This document shows, one piece after another, positions 40,826 to 50,770 of a stretch of 64,000 bases of DNA. The stretch is from an uncultured Veillonellaceae bacterium. Lineage in GTDB: Bacteria; Bacillota; Negativicutes; JARBTT01. Both the position numbers and the translations under genes were made by a program. Location: positions 64,001 to 128,000 of the forward strand of contig CAWDTA010000005.1 of assembly GCA_963805085.1 (NCBI GenBank), given 5' to 3'. Each line of letters begins with the position of its first letter. Within the stretch, counting starts at the first letter, position 1. The notes beneath the pieces were generated by a model that searched no databases, was not told where the DNA came from, and saw nothing but the letters and a program-made list of their open reading frames with translations.

Positions 40826-41383
40826 TTATTTTTTCCAGCTGTCGTCTAATTGATCTAGCCAAGGTGCAGGATGGCATTTTCCACATTCTTCAGTGGATTG
40901 TAGATGATGCACGCTATGACATTTATAGCAATCTGGTGTTTCATTTCCTACATCATGTGTTGAAGCATGCGGATTTGCTTTGCCTAAAGATGCTGTTGTG
41001 TTTTTTACTTTTTCAAAATCATGGCATTTCAGACATAATTCGTTGGAATACTCATATGCGGGCAATGGGTCTTTATAATTACCAGTAATCTGCTTAATGC
41101 CTTCTGTAGCCTGCTGTTCAAAGGAAGGCTCGTGGCAATCATGACAGGTAACATTCGCATCCGCATGTTTTTTTGCTAATAAAGGGCCTTCGTGATAAGA
41201 GGCATAATAGGTTTGCATGTTATGACAGCTAGCACAAAATGCTGGACTTGCACTAACTTTTTCCATAATAGCATAACTGATGCCGCCAATGCATATCATT
41301 GCGACTACGAATAAAAGCATAAATTTAGGCTGCTTGAATTTATCTAGGATCTTTTTAGAGATTTTTTCATCATCTATTGTCAT
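40826..41383 (-). CDS. Membrane-anchored pentaheme cytochrome c (NapC/NrfH- or Cgr1-like)
   Basis: One TM then CASCH, CHDCH, CLKCH, CYKCH, CGKCH. Confidence 0.9.
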   Translation of the reverse strand: MTIDDEKISKKILDKFKQPKFMLLFVVAMICIGGISYAIMEKVSASPAFCASCHNMQTYYASYHEGPLLAKKHADANVTCHDCHEPSFEQQATEGIKQITGNYKDPLPAYEYSNELCLKCHDFEKVKNTTASLGKANPHASTHDVGNETPDCYKCHSVHHLQSTEECGKCHPAPWLDQLDDSWKK

Positions 41384-41451
41384 TTTACGGTCTCCTATAC
41401 AGAAATTTATTAATCTGATAAATTAACATCAAGATACAAGGGGAGCTAAGT

Positions 41452-43215
41452 TTAGCGTTTTGCAGCACTTGTTCCTGCAAGACGACCAAAAACTAGAGCA
41501 GTTGCATGACTTACACCAGCAGTAACAACTGGATAATCAGCAAGGAATCTTCCTCCCATTGAGTTTCCAGCTACATATAAACCTTCGATCCCATTGTAAT
41601 CTTTATCGAGAACATTGCATGTCTCTGGATCACAAGTAAGTCCACCCATAGTTATGAGTGTAGCGCCACCTTCCATTTTACCTGCATAAAATGGAGCAGT
41701 CTTAATAGAAAATAGACGTTTGGCTGTTTTGCCAAAATCGTCATCAAGACCTTTTTCACAAAGTTCATTATAGCGTTTGATTGATTGAAGTAATGATTTT
41801 TTAGCGTTTGCATCCATATTAAGCTTATTGGCCAAATCTTCTAAACTATCTGCAACGATAAGATCTTTAGTTTTAAGAAAGTCTGCACGAGAGGTATAGG
41901 CTGTTCTACCAAGCGCCCATTCGCAACCTTTTAATTTTGGATTTTTATCATCAGCAACAAAATGATTTACACTTCCGTGTGAGACACCCATATATTCAAG
42001 TTGTTCAGGCCACTTATCATCAAATATTTGCCATGCAAAATTTTCTGGTTGACGATAAAGTGCGCAAGATAATTGCTGTCCGCCGATATCTTCATTGACA
42101 AAACGTTTACCTTTAGTATTTACAAGGAAATAAGCATCAACCCCCATAGGACCGCCAAGTGTGTGAATTACTGGAGCATGAGGACCATCTTCAATTTTTC
42201 CGCCAATCCATGCACCAAGTCTATGTCCATCACCTGTATTGGTAGGGTTCCCTTTGGCATCTTTATTAGGGAATACATTTACATAATCAATTGCCCAAGG
42301 CACAAAATGTTTTATCATGTCCTTATTGCCACCATAATCGCCAGTTGTCAAAATAACACTTTTCTTAGCAAGAACTTTTGTATATGCGCCTTTTGTATTT
42401 TGACAGATGACACCTTCGACTCTACCTTTATTGTCAGGACGAATCAATTTACGTGCAGCGTTAGAGAAGATAAATTTGCAACCTTGATCTAAGCATTTTT
42501 TATAAACACGACTTATGATTTCTTCTTGACTTGGTAAGAAGGTCATAACCGTTGGATATGTAGGACTGTTTTCCTCTTCACGGTTGTAATGTTCTGGGAT
42601 AGGATAATGCATCATCATTAAATTAATTTTATTATCGGCCAAAGCCAATGCATTTTCTGGAAGAACTTCAAGATCTGGCGCAAGTTCTAGCAGCCAATCA
42701 AAATCTTCACCGCTATGATCTGCCCAGTATTTCCAGAGCCGCTGGTCAGCTCGGTAGCCCATCTGTTTCATATTTTCAAGGATGGCAGCATTTTTATCTA
42801 TTGTAATACCAAGCTTTTTTTGAATCTTATTGTCGATGGTTCCATATTGACCACTGCGACATTGATAAGTACCAGCTTTTTCAATCACAATAACCGAAGC
42901 ACCTGCTTCTGACGCTGCTCGTGCGGCAAATAAACCAGCAACACCAGCACCGACAATAACTACATCTGCTTTGACTGTCTGCTTAATTTCAGAGTCAGTA
43001 ATCGTTGGCGGCTCTCCAAGCCAATTTCCAGTTGGCATTTCTTTAGGTTTTGGTTCGCGTAATAGCTTCTCTTGGTTACCACAACCGGATAGAAGTAAGC
43101 TGCTAGAAACAAAGCCGGCAGCAGCCATTGCGCCTCCTTTTAGAAAATTTCTTCGTGATAGTTTGTCCTGAGACTTCTTTTCATTTGTAATAGTATCGTT
43201 CTTACTCATAAGCAT
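41452..43215 (-). CDS. Tat-exported lipoprotein flavin reductase (FAD_binding_2 family), substrate unknown
   Basis: SRRNFLK twin-arginine, LSGC lipobox, VVIVGAGVAG, NTGDG, RFVNE, TMGGL, GLYVAGN. Confidence 0.9.
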   Translation of the reverse strand: MLMSKNDTITNEKKSQDKLSRRNFLKGGAMAAAGFVSSSLLLSGCGNQEKLLREPKPKEMPTGNWLGEPPTITDSEIKQTVKADVVIVGAGVAGLFAARAASEAGASVIVIEKAGTYQCRSGQYGTIDNKIQKKLGITIDKNAAILENMKQMGYRADQRLWKYWADHSGEDFDWLLELAPDLEVLPENALALADNKINLMMMHYPIPEHYNREEENSPTYPTVMTFLPSQEEIISRVYKKCLDQGCKFIFSNAARKLIRPDNKGRVEGVICQNTKGAYTKVLAKKSVILTTGDYGGNKDMIKHFVPWAIDYVNVFPNKDAKGNPTNTGDGHRLGAWIGGKIEDGPHAPVIHTLGGPMGVDAYFLVNTKGKRFVNEDIGGQQLSCALYRQPENFAWQIFDDKWPEQLEYMGVSHGSVNHFVADDKNPKLKGCEWALGRTAYTSRADFLKTKDLIVADSLEDLANKLNMDANAKKSLLQSIKRYNELCEKGLDDDFGKTAKRLFSIKTAPFYAGKMEGGATLITMGGLTCDPETCNVLDKDYNGIEGLYVAGNSMGGRFLADYPVVTAGVSHATALVFGRLAGTSAAKR

Positions 43216-43363
43216 CGTTCCTTTTTAAAATATATTTAGTGTATTGTTTATCTACAGTAAGCCCAGCTATTTAATGGTTGGCTTATTGCTTTATAAAAAG
43301 AAGAAACTTTTATGGATATTTAAGCCGTTTTTATAAACTATTATTACAAAAGCTTTAATCCAC

Positions 43364-43476
43364 AATAAAAATAAGTTATGTATGTATAACTTGTATTTTA
43401 GAGTGAATTAGGATTCAAAACAAATAATCTATTTCATATAGATTATGCAAATTATTATTTCATAAATAAAAGTTAT
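43364..43476 (-). promoter_or_regulatory. Duplicated regulatory region, copy upstream of the flavin reductase
   Basis: Colinear with 36542-36655; AAGTTATGTATGTATAACTT palindrome. Confidence 0.75.
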
Positions 43477-43631
43477 ATATCATCTTATATGGCTATGATT
43501 TTCACTTTTGAAGGTATATTTTGTCGAAAAATAGACTGGACAGTTTTTTTTTTGCATGTATTATTAGGTAAAGAAAAAACAACGCTAATATATCTGATAA
43601 TTCCTATTTTGGATGGAGTGAAAAGAAGTTT

Positions 43632-45566
43632 ATGAATAATAAGCAGAAAAATCTAATAAAAATTTTGTTAGATGCTAATGAAAACATAACTGCAAGTTCT
43701 TTGGCTAGTAAAATAGGAGTTTCTATTCGCAGCATAATGAATTACATTTCTGAAATTAATTTTTTTTATGCTGGATTAATTGCATCCTCTAGAAGTGGCT
43801 ATAATATTGATAAAACTATGGCAAAAAAATTGCTGGAATTTAAAAGAACAAAAGTTCCTCAAACACCAGAGGAACGTGTCAATCATATTATTAAAACTAT
43901 GCTTACAAAAAAATCTGAGTTTGATAAAGGTTTTGATTTACATGAATTTGCAAGTGAAATGTATGTAAGTGTAGAAACAGTGAAAAAAGATATAGGAAAA
44001 GTAAGAAAGAAAATTGCGGATTTTGAACTTAGTATTCATATGGATAACGCTTATATTTTGCTTGAAGGTGCAGAAAGTGACAAACGCAAACTTATAAGTA
44101 AGGCGATTTATGAAGAATTTGGTAAAAGTAAATTTAGCGCTTCTGCAATACAACAAATTTTTCAGCCTTATAATGTAGAAAAACTATATTCTATCATTAT
44201 TGAGCAATGTGGAAAGCATTATTATTTTGTGAATGACTGTGTAATATTAAATTTGATTTTAGATACCATGATTAGTATCGATCGTATAACAAATGATAAA
44301 ACTATTCTCTTGATAAAAGGGAGCGAAGAGAAGTTGGAGTGCCGAGAACGAGAAATAACAGTTCAGATTGTTGGTGAAATTGAACGCTATTATGGAATTG
44401 TTTACAATGAAATAGAGATTGACTATCTTACTGATATTATGATGAGTTACTTAATTCCAGTCGATTTTCAGAAAATTTGCAAAACAAATGTTGGCAAAAT
44501 TGTTGGTATAAACTGTATGAATATCGTTAACGAAGTTTTTCGATATACAAAAGCAAATTTTTATTTCATCAATACGGAAAATGATCATTTTGTGGTTCGT
44601 TTTGCTTTACATATGAAAAAATTATTATGCCGCTTACAAAGTGGTCATACCATCAATGATCCTTTAAAAGTTGATCTAAAAATGTCATACCCGTTTATTT
44701 TTGAATGTGCAGTAAGTATTGCGTGGGAAATTACACAGCTAACAGGGTATAAATTAACTGAAGACAATATTGCCCAAATTGCGGTGCATATGGGGTATAA
44801 TTTTGTGGAACAGAAAGAAAAGGCTCCTAAGCTTTGCTGTTGCTTATTAATTACTCATTACTATGATTATGGAGAACAGGTTATCGAAAAAATTAGTAAA
44901 CAATTTAAAAATGATATCATTGTTTTAGATATATTGAGAGTAGAAAAGCAAATAAAAGATTTTAAAAATGTTGACTTGATAATTTCAACGGTTCCATTGC
45001 CGGAAAGCTTTAAAACGGAATGGGTTAGAATCAATCCATTTCTCTTAGAACCAGATATTAGTAGGATTTCAAAAAAGATAAAATCTGTAATGTTGTCGAG
45101 AAAAAAACAGTTTTTGCTTAATGCATTATTAAAAATTACAAATGCAAATCTGTTCTGTAAAAATTTAAAAAGAAAAAATAAAATAACCCAAAAAGATGCG
45201 ATTCTTTTTATGAAAGAAATATTAGAAAGAGGCGGATATGTAGATAAGGATTTTGATGCTGCTATAGTTGAACGAGAAAAATATTCGTCTACGGTATTTG
45301 GGCAAATTGCCGTTCCACATCCGATAAAAATGACAGCTCATAAAACAGGGCTTTTTATAATGATCAATGACAAACCAATACTCTGGGAAAAACATGAAGT
45401 GAATGTTATTTTACTTTTTGCTGTGAATAAAAACGATTGGAAGCTTTTCTCTGACATATTTGATACGCTAGTTGCTCTTATGCTAGAGATTGAAAACCTA
45501 AATAAAGTAATGCAATGTAATACTTATGAAGAATTTGTCGATGTTGTTGTAAGCTTAGTTGAATAA
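43632..45566 (+). CDS. PRD-domain transcriptional regulator with C-terminal EIIA, no adjacent PTS
   Basis: HTH_11 (IGVSIRSI), Mga HTH, PRD His (FALH, IAVH), REKYSST..IAVPHP. Confidence 0.88.
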   Translation: MNNKQKNLIKILLDANENITASSLASKIGVSIRSIMNYISEINFFYAGLIASSRSGYNIDKTMAKKLLEFKRTKVPQTPEERVNHIIKTMLTKKSEFDKGFDLHEFASEMYVSVETVKKDIGKVRKKIADFELSIHMDNAYILLEGAESDKRKLISKAIYEEFGKSKFSASAIQQIFQPYNVEKLYSIIIEQCGKHYYFVNDCVILNLILDTMISIDRITNDKTILLIKGSEEKLECREREITVQIVGEIERYYGIVYNEIEIDYLTDIMMSYLIPVDFQKICKTNVGKIVGINCMNIVNEVFRYTKANFYFINTENDHFVVRFALHMKKLLCRLQSGHTINDPLKVDLKMSYPFIFECAVSIAWEITQLTGYKLTEDNIAQIAVHMGYNFVEQKEKAPKLCCCLLITHYYDYGEQVIEKISKQFKNDIIVLDILRVEKQIKDFKNVDLIISTVPLPESFKTEWVRINPFLLEPDISRISKKIKSVMLSRKKQFLLNALLKITNANLFCKNLKRKNKITQKDAILFMKEILERGGYVDKDFDAAIVEREKYSSTVFGQIAVPHPIKMTAHKTGLFIMINDKPILWEKHEVNVILLFAVNKNDWKLFSDIFDTLVALMLEIENLNKVMQCNTYEEFVDVVVSLVE

Positions 45567-45632
45567 ATTGGACATAATATAATCTAAAAAGATAAAACTA
45601 ATGGTATAGCTAAAAGCACTAGGAGGAATCTT

Positions 45633-45819
45633 TTGATATCAGATTATAGTTGTTGTCACAGGCAGAAAAAACAATTGTTATCCAAAATGTTAACAAGAAT
45701 ATGAGCGCAGGTGCCCGGCATGTGGTCATGTATGTGCATGGGATTGTCATATGTGTTTAACATGTGGCCATCATTTTAGTCATAAACATGAGTGCTCCCA
45801 TTGTCATTGTGAATTCTAA
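45633..45819 (+). pseudogene. Cys/His-rich peptide gene, copy 2 (frameshift plus premature TAA)
   Basis: NNCYPKC*QEYERRCPACGHVCAWDCHMCLTCGHHFSHKHECSHCHCEF*; AGGAGG RBS. Confidence 0.75.
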
Positions 45820-45853
45820 ACGGAAACGTCCTCTGGGGCGTTTTTTTATATAA

Positions 45854-45889
45854 AAAAAGCTGGCTAACAAAAATGTTAGCCAGCTTTTT
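45854..45889. terminator. Bidirectional terminator
   Basis: AAAAAGCTGGCTAACA-aaaa-TGTTAGCCAGCTTTTT. Confidence 0.8.
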
Positions 45890-45904
45890 GAGTTTTGGTG
45901 TTAT

Positions 45905-47080
45905 TTATTTCTCTTTTATCTGAACTTCGACGACAGCTTTTTTCGCTAAATTCATAATCTGGGTAGGTGTAAGATTTTCCTGAGGTTCAGCAGCTGGAAA
46001 GTATAGTCCATCAGGAAGCGTGCTGATCAAGTTCTGAATATAATTAATTTTAACGGCAAAATTAACATTTTGAGGAATGGTTCCGGTAAATAACATTGTT
46101 GCTGCCCCGTTCATGCTAGCAGTAACTACACCGATAACTTGTCCCTTTTCATTTAATAAAGGACTGCCACTATTACCCGGTTGTATTGGAATGCTAATCT
46201 GGTACATTCTTACATCGTCTTTAAAACCAGTGATACTATTGATGATACCTTCACTTAATTTAGCTTTATCTCCTAGCATATTCGGCATAGGAAAGCCAAC
46301 CGCATATACAGGATCACCATCTTTTGCATTTTGCGTATTGCCAAGAAATAATGGGCTAACCGAGCCTTTGAAATCATCTACCTTTAAGATAGCCAGATCG
46401 TTTGCCGCGTCTTTTGCTATCACAGTAGCGGCTATCTTTTGATCATTGTTGTATACAATTTCAATATTTTTAGCTTTATCAATGACATGATGATTGGTGA
46501 TAATCAGATTTTGTGTGATAAAAAATCCAGAACCTGAACCAACTTTTTTTAGCGCTAGATTTTTGCCATCAATTTTATCGTTTGGATATATCCGATATAG
46601 ATGTTTTATTTCTCTTTTATTTTTGGTAGTTTGCATATAAGTAATTGTATTGTCGTCCATTAATCGAAAGGTATTTCCAGCTAATTTGTTTTCGGTAAAA
46701 ACCAGAAGATTTTGTTTGTATTCATGCAATGATCCAATATATAACTTTGAAGCAGCAGAAGCTTTTAACTGAAGTTTGAGTGCTCCTGGACTCCAAGCAG
46801 AGTCGTTGCTTTGTGTGATGAAGCCAAGATAATCATAACCTCTTTCTACGGAAAAAGTATTTTTTATAATTGCAAGTTCATACTGATCATTTTCAGCCGT
46901 CCAAATGCCTTCAATTAGATCTTTGTTATCAGTGGTTAAAAAGTCCTGAATGGCTTTTTCCCTGCTGAAATCTTTGTCAGGCAATGGTTGTGCAGAACAA
47001 GGAATTGTAATAAAGCAGAGTAAAAATAAAATAAAAGCAAAATGTAGATGTCTTTTCAATGTAAAGAGCCTCCCAATCAT
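45905..47080 (-). CDS. Secreted trypsin-like serine protease (S1C, no PDZ)
   Basis: GSGSGF, ITNHHV, DLAILK, QPGNSGSP; signal peptide. Confidence 0.9.
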   Translation of the reverse strand: MIGRLFTLKRHLHFAFILFLLCFITIPCSAQPLPDKDFSREKAIQDFLTTDNKDLIEGIWTAENDQYELAIIKNTFSVERGYDYLGFITQSNDSAWSPGALKLQLKASAASKLYIGSLHEYKQNLLVFTENKLAGNTFRLMDDNTITYMQTTKNKREIKHLYRIYPNDKIDGKNLALKKVGSGSGFFITQNLIITNHHVIDKAKNIEIVYNNDQKIAATVIAKDAANDLAILKVDDFKGSVSPLFLGNTQNAKDGDPVYAVGFPMPNMLGDKAKLSEGIINSITGFKDDVRMYQISIPIQPGNSGSPLLNEKGQVIGVVTASMNGAATMLFTGTIPQNVNFAVKINYIQNLISTLPDGLYFPAAEPQENLTPTQIMNLAKKAVVEVQIKEK

Positions 47081-47336
47081 TTCATACTAACAAAATTCAT
47101 TATAACATATTTTATTTTGGTTAATAAGGGATAAATTTCCTATGTACAGCCTTTGATAAGCGTGCTTTTCATTACAATAAAAAGTTTTTTTTTATTATGT
47201 AACAATTTTGCAAGAAATTTGTTTGCTATATGATAATTTTGTAAATTATAATATAGTGCAAGAGCAACTGTTTAATAATAAAGTTGATAACTATAAATAG
47301 AGGAATACGGTGCAAGTAAGTGGTGGAGGTTGCAAT

Positions 47337-48770
47337 ATGCTTGAAACATTAAAACAAACGAATTATTATCGATGGCTTATTTTTGGCGTTACAGCGTTAG
47401 GTACATTTATGGCGACTTTAGATGCGAGTATTGTCAATGTTGCATTGCCCGTTATTTCACAGAAATTAGGCGCGGAGCTTTCAGTGGTGCAATGGGTTGT
47501 TTCAGCATATCTTTTGGTGATATCCAGTCTATTACCGCTGTTTGGTAAAGTCGGTGATATGTATGGGCGGCGACGAGTGTATTTATCGGGAATGGTGCTA
47601 TTCGCTATTGGCTCACTAATTTGCGGAATGTCAAATACGATATGGATGTTGGTCATTGCTAGGATCGTTCAGGCTGTTGGAGCTTCGATGCTAATGTCAA
47701 ATGCTCCAGCTATTGTCAGTACTACTTTTCCCGGGAAAGATCGGGGACGAGCCTTGGGCATGAATGGTACTGTTGTCGCTCTTGGTTCACTTACGGGGCC
47801 GAGCTTGGGGGGGATTCTCGTAGGCACTTTAAATTGGCAATCTATTTTCTATATCAATATTCCCATTGCGATTGCCGCAGTTTTGTTTGGTTATGCCATC
47901 CTTCCAGCAGATGAACAGCAAACGGTAAAGCCTTTTGATTATATGGGGGCATTATTATTTGCACTGGCCATGACTAGCTTATTGTTGGTTGTCAGCCATG
48001 GGCAGGAGTGGGGCTGGGCGTCTCCATATGTTTATAGTATTTCGTTTGTGGCGTTTATCGGCTTTAGTGCCTTTTTTTATCAGGAAATTCATGTGGAATA
48101 TCCCATGATTGAATTATCTTTATTTAAAAATTGGACATTATTATCAGGAAATATAGCGGGGATGCTTTCTTTTATGGCCATGTTTTCTAATAATATGCTA
48201 TTGCCTTTCTACTTACATACCATTTTATTATTGTCACCTACGCAAATCGGTATAGCAATTACGCCATTTCCTTTATTACTGGCAGTGACTGCACCTGCTA
48301 GCGGCTACCTATCCGAAAAAATGAATCCAGCGATACTAACGACATCTGGTTTATCTCTAACGATGGGGGGATTGCTATATATGTCGACACTAGATGCAAA
48401 TTCTACCATTTGGCATGTGATTATCAGTCAGGCGGTAATGGGAATTGGCAATGGATTGTTTCAATCACCTAATAATAATAGTGTTCTGAGTTCGGTGCCT
48501 AAAAGCAAAGTTGGCTTAGTGAGCGGTATTAATGCCTTGGTTCGTAATGTAGGGATGGTCAGTGGGGTAGCGATATCGGTCGCTGTTTTTGAAAATCACA
48601 AACATCAGATACTTAGTTCGATTGCACAACCGGATGTTTCAGAGCAAATTGCCGCATTTTTGTCTGCCTATCATGCTTCGCTTATTGTGGCAGCTTGTTT
48701 TGCGGGAATTGGGGCGATGATATCTTTTAATCGCAGAGTTTATTTGGAGAAATCTACGGAGCAAGACTAA
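47337..48770 (+). CDS. MFS DHA2 (EmrB/QacA-like) efflux transporter
   Basis: MATLDASIVNVALP, GKVGDMYGRR, WQSIFYINIP, FQSPNN. Confidence 0.92.
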   Translation: MLETLKQTNYYRWLIFGVTALGTFMATLDASIVNVALPVISQKLGAELSVVQWVVSAYLLVISSLLPLFGKVGDMYGRRRVYLSGMVLFAIGSLICGMSNTIWMLVIARIVQAVGASMLMSNAPAIVSTTFPGKDRGRALGMNGTVVALGSLTGPSLGGILVGTLNWQSIFYINIPIAIAAVLFGYAILPADEQQTVKPFDYMGALLFALAMTSLLLVVSHGQEWGWASPYVYSISFVAFIGFSAFFYQEIHVEYPMIELSLFKNWTLLSGNIAGMLSFMAMFSNNMLLPFYLHTILLLSPTQIGIAITPFPLLLAVTAPASGYLSEKMNPAILTTSGLSLTMGGLLYMSTLDANSTIWHVIISQAVMGIGNGLFQSPNNNSVLSSVPKSKVGLVSGINALVRNVGMVSGVAISVAVFENHKHQILSSIAQPDVSEQIAAFLSAYHASLIVAACFAGIGAMISFNRRVYLEKSTEQD

Positions 48771-49205
48771 AACGGTTGCTAAAAAAATATAAATTTAAAA
48801 CAATAAAAGCTTCTACAGAATTTTGCATAAATCTGGTAGGAGCTTTCAACTTTTTGACGAAGTGCAAATAAGTGTGAAGCGAAAACGATAGTTTTGGAGC
48901 GAACTAAAGTGAAGTTCAGTTTTAAATAAGGCTGTAATGGGTACAGGCATAGTAAGCGAAGCATTTTGGGAAAAGAGTATGTAGTAATAAGGTGGATCCG
49001 AAATACAATAATCAAATAATGTAAAATTTAAAATTAACTGTAAATGCTACGAATAAGACTAGGCAAAGCTTGCAAAAAAAAGGTATAATAAAAAAATATT
49101 AAAATAAAGAAGGCTTTGTTTAATTTTAAAGTCTCTTGGTATTGATAGTTTAAATAAAGCTCAATTTTTGAGTGGGCTAGTGTTATAAGAAGGGGGATAG
49201 CAAGC

Positions 49206-50441
49206 ATGCGTAATTCTGGTAATAGTAAAACAATCAAACGGATGAATCAAATGGCGATACTTAATATTGTTAAGGATAATGAATTGATTTCGCGGCAGCA
49301 GATTGCCGAATTGACAGGCTTGACGCCAGCAGCAATTACTGGAATTGTTCGTGAGCTTATTACGATTGGTTTTGTTAAGGAAGTCGGTCTAGGTGAATCC
49401 CAAGGGGGGCGTAGACCGGTACATTTAAAATTCAATGGTAAGGCCGGGTATGTATTGGGTGTGGAAGTTACGAGTAAGGAAATCACATTAGCTGTAACTG
49501 ATTTTGAAAATATGCCAAAAGAAATGCATACGTTTGCTATCGATATGAAAGAGCCGAGTACGGCTATTGTTGAATTGAAAAAGTGTTTAGAAAAAATTAT
49601 TCATAGCAAAAAAAATCATGATAAAAACTTTCTTAGTATCGCAATAGCTTTTCCAGCGATTATGCAAAATGAGACAGGTGTCGTAAAACGGGCTGTAAAT
49701 CTAGGAGAAAAATGGAATGGGTTTCCGTTGAAAGTTACCTTAGAGCAAGCCTTAGGTTTACCCGTCTTCATTGATACGAATTCTAAGGTAGCAGCCTTAG
49801 GAGAAAAATGGTTTGGTGGCGGGATGAGCTGTAAAAACCTTATTTATATCAATATGGGTGAGGGTATTAGTGCGGGAATTATCATGGATGATCATATTGT
49901 GCAAGGAGCACAAGGGTATGCTGGGCAAATTGGTCATACGGTCATGATCGATCAAGGCCCATTATGTAATTGTGGTAATCGTGGTTGCTTGGAAGCAATT
50001 TGTGCTATTCCAGCCTTACTTCGAAAGGTTGAAGCTGAAATACCAGCTATTTCAGAGAGCGATATATTAAAAAAAAGATATATATTGAATCAAGAAATCA
50101 AAATGAGTGATATTCTGGAAATTGCTCATATGGAAGATTCTTATGCTAGAGATTTATTACGCAAAACGGCACGTTATGTTGCTAGGGCAACGGCAAATAT
50201 GATCAATACATGCAATCCTGATAAAGTATTTATTGGTGGTAAATTAGCAGTAAAGTCGCCCTTTTTCATCGAAGAATTTAGAAGTAATATCAGGATGCAT
50301 GCTTTTCCTGAAGTCGGTGGGTCAACACCGGTAACGATATCGAAATTGGGGGCAAATTCCGGCGTCATTGGAGCTTGTGCATTGGCGCTCACAAATTTAT
50401 TGAAATCGCCAAATTCGAAAATGATTATTGCTAAAAAATAA
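49206..50441 (+). CDS. ROK family repressor (XylR/NagC-like)
   Basis: HTH, GGRRP, GQIGH...CNCGNRGCLE. Confidence 0.92.
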   Translation: MRNSGNSKTIKRMNQMAILNIVKDNELISRQQIAELTGLTPAAITGIVRELITIGFVKEVGLGESQGGRRPVHLKFNGKAGYVLGVEVTSKEITLAVTDFENMPKEMHTFAIDMKEPSTAIVELKKCLEKIIHSKKNHDKNFLSIAIAFPAIMQNETGVVKRAVNLGEKWNGFPLKVTLEQALGLPVFIDTNSKVAALGEKWFGGGMSCKNLIYINMGEGISAGIIMDDHIVQGAQGYAGQIGHTVMIDQGPLCNCGNRGCLEAICAIPALLRKVEAEIPAISESDILKKRYILNQEIKMSDILEIAHMEDSYARDLLRKTARYVARATANMINTCNPDKVFIGGKLAVKSPFFIEEFRSNIRMHAFPEVGGSTPVTISKLGANSGVIGACALALTNLLKSPNSKMIIAKK

Positions 50442-50547
50442 ATAGAATTAATTAAGAATAGTAAAAAAGTTAGGTTAAGTAAATCTAGCTTTTATCTGCG
50501 AAAATAGCCATAAAGTTAAAAAAATACAAAAATATACAAGATAAAAA

Positions 50548-50575
50548 GAAGGAAGTTTAAAGAAAATATAGAATT
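50548..50575 (+). promoter_or_regulatory. SigH-like promoter upstream of the GPH transporter
   Basis: GAAGGAAGTT...TAGAAT resembles the AGGA..GAAT consensus. Confidence 0.35.
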
Positions 50576-50770
50576 GTCATACAATGAGATAATTAAATAA
50601 GTTAATAAAGTATTGCACTAGTACGGAGGGATGCGAAGCGTGAACTTATAGTAAGGTTAAGAGAAGTAGCAATATCTGCATCAGAATAATCAGAATAATC
50701 GCAACAGTACATGAATTTGTTTTGAAATGTAATAATGGATACTATTAAATAGTGGGAGGATTAATTCTAA

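Noticed and set aside
48830-49000. GCGAAGC-rich intergenic stretch resembling a mobile-element or structured-RNA remnant
   Set aside because: No second copy, ORF or convincing fold found by eye
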